This document shows positions 53,618 to 54,768 of a stretch of DNA of 54,768 nt, piece by piece. The translations under genes and the position numbers were made by a program. The notes under the pieces are model-generated. The model had not been told where the DNA came from and made no database searches. It saw nothing but the letters and a program-made list of their open reading frames with translations. The number at the start of each line of letters is the position of its first letter. Within the stretch, counting starts at the first letter, position 1. The stretch comes from Minisyncoccota bacterium (lineage in GTDB: Bacteria > Patescibacteriota > Minisyncoccia > Phycocordibacterales > UBA6899), in NCBI GenBank assembly GCA_031972735.1, contig DALYED010000004.1, positions 7,284 to 62,051 of the forward strand, given 5' to 3'.

Positions 53618-54768
53618 ATGAGCACCGCAATGTCGAAAAAGACTCTTGTAATTGTTGAGTCACCTTCTAAGGCAAAAACTATCGAGAAATATCTCGGAGA
53701 TGCATATATTGTTCGAGCATCAGTCGGGCACATACGCGACCTACCAAAATCAAATAAGAAAGCAATTGATATAGATGATGGTTTTACCCCGCACTATGAA
53801 ATATCAGCTGGCAAAGACAAAGTAGTCAAAGAGTTGACCGACTTAGCACATATTACAAAGGAAGTACTTCTTGCAACTGACCCTGATCGTGAAGGAGAAG
53901 CCATCGCGTGGCATATTGCAGATGCACTGAAATTGAAGAATGCGAAACGAATCGTTTTTCATGAAATCACTGAGCATGCCATTAAAGAAGCGACCGCTCA
54001 CCCTCGCAATATTGATGAGAATTTAAAAAGCGCACAAGAAGCCCGTCGTGTTCTCGACCGCTTAGTAGGCTATGACCTCTCTGGCTTGATTTGGAAGAAG
54101 GTTCGCTACGGACTCTCTGCTGGACGAGTACAATCCCCTGCGCTTCGTATTATTATGGAGCGTGAGCGCGAGATCCGCGCATTTATCCCAGAGACGTTTT
54201 GGCGACTTCGTGCACAAGTTACATCTCCTTCAAAAGAAGCATTCCAAATTGAGTGCGCAGAAGAACCTCGTGATAAAACACTTGTCGAAAAAATCCTCAA
54301 AGAAGGAAACGCTAAGAAATGGAAAGTACTTGAAGTAAAAGCAACAGAAGCTTCACGTGCACCAAAAGCACCATTCACCACTTCAACTCTGCAACAAACA
54401 GCAAGTACGCGTTTTGGTTTTTCACCATCGAATACCATGCGAATTGCACAAAAGCTCTATGAAGGTGGCTTCATCAGTTACATGCGTACTGATAGTACTA
54501 ATCTTGGTAAACAAGCACAAGATGAGATTGTTGCATTCATCGTAAAAGAATACGGCAAAGACCTTTCTGCCCCACAAACATATAAGACCAAGAGCAAGAA
54601 CGCCCAAGAAGCACATGAGGCAATCAGACCTACCAATGTGACAAAAAAGAGCGCGGGACGTACCCCTGAAGAGCAGAAACTCTATAAGCTCATCTGGGCA
54701 CGTGCAGTGGCGTCACAAATGAAAGATGCAACCATGCTCCGTACAAAAATCATTGCGAATGTCGAAGG
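53618..54768 (+). CDS. topA: DNA topoisomerase I, N-terminal part; the gene continues past the right window edge
   Basis: Hand translation gives MSTAMSKKTLVIVESPSKAKTIEKYLGDAYIVRASVGHIRDLPKS...LLATDPDREGEAIAWH (TOPRIM domain). The frame stays open to 54768. Confidence 0.9.
   Translation, partial: MSTAMSKKTLVIVESPSKAKTIEKYLGDAYIVRASVGHIRDLPKSNKKAIDIDDGFTPHYEISAGKDKVVKELTDLAHITKEVLLATDPDREGEAIAWHIADALKLKNAKRIVFHEITEHAIKEATAHPRNIDENLKSAQEARRVLDRLVGYDLSGLIWKKVRYGLSAGRVQSPALRIIMEREREIRAFIPETFWRLRAQVTSPSKEAFQIECAEEPRDKTLVEKILKEGNAKKWKVLEVKATEASRAPKAPFTTSTLQQTASTRFGFSPSNTMRIAQKLYEGGFISYMRTDSTNLGKQAQDEIVAFIVKEYGKDLSAPQTYKTKSKNAQEAHEAIRPTNVTKKSAGRTPEEQKLYKLIWARAVASQMKDATMLRTKIIANVE

Noticed and set aside
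1-54768. CRISPR arrays, reverse-transcriptase/DGR template-variable repeats, rRNA genes, and alternative genetic code (UGA recoding)
   Set aside because: I saw no short regularly spaced direct repeats and no RT-like ORF. No rRNA-like sequence was noticed. Long housekeeping ORFs (uvrA, uvrB, serS, clp-like) are uninterrupted under the standard code, so recoding is not needed.

Overview
This is a 54.8-kb, gene-dense bacterial chromosome fragment that leans AT-rich and reads cleanly with the standard genetic code. About 50 CDS, three tRNAs and one candidate ncRNA are supported, and most genes lie on the minus strand. The gene content suggests a reduced-genome Patescibacteria/CPR-like organism, which is an inference only. 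Supporting traits are short UvrC and DnaX, GH57/GH15/GT4 glycogen genes, many small membrane-anchored hypotheticals, Lys-rich tails and a membrane-anchored Clp-like ATPase.

Core genes present:
- DNA repair and replication: uvrA, uvrB, uvrC, dnaX, dprA and topA (partial).
- Translation and tRNA modification: tgt, serS and dus.
- Cell wall and envelope: ddl, ccdA, an FtsQ-like protein and three SLT/LysM wall enzymes.
- Sugar metabolism: pgi, a ROK kinase, and a GH15/GH57/GT4 glycogen cluster.
- Signalling: a FIST / histidine kinase / double-REC module.

The accessory part is the left 5.2 kb. It holds a C-protein / MmeI-family methyltransferase / SF2-helicase operon that runs off the left edge. 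Next to it is a large serine recombinase gene bracketed by a 121-bp near-perfect inverted repeat (120/121, checked base by base). The outer end of that repeat abuts the 3' end of tRNA-Ala(GGC). I rate this recombinase/repeat/tRNA architecture the most unusual feature in the window.

Other notable signals:
- A promoter-to-terminator unit of about 200 nt, apparently non-coding and structured, lies immediately upstream of dnaX.
- A -10 box sits 6-8 nt upstream of the start codon at ten genes, which implies leaderless mRNAs.
- A tandem-duplicated ThyX-like protein has degenerate catalytic motifs.

No CRISPR array, rRNA or reverse transcriptase was seen.
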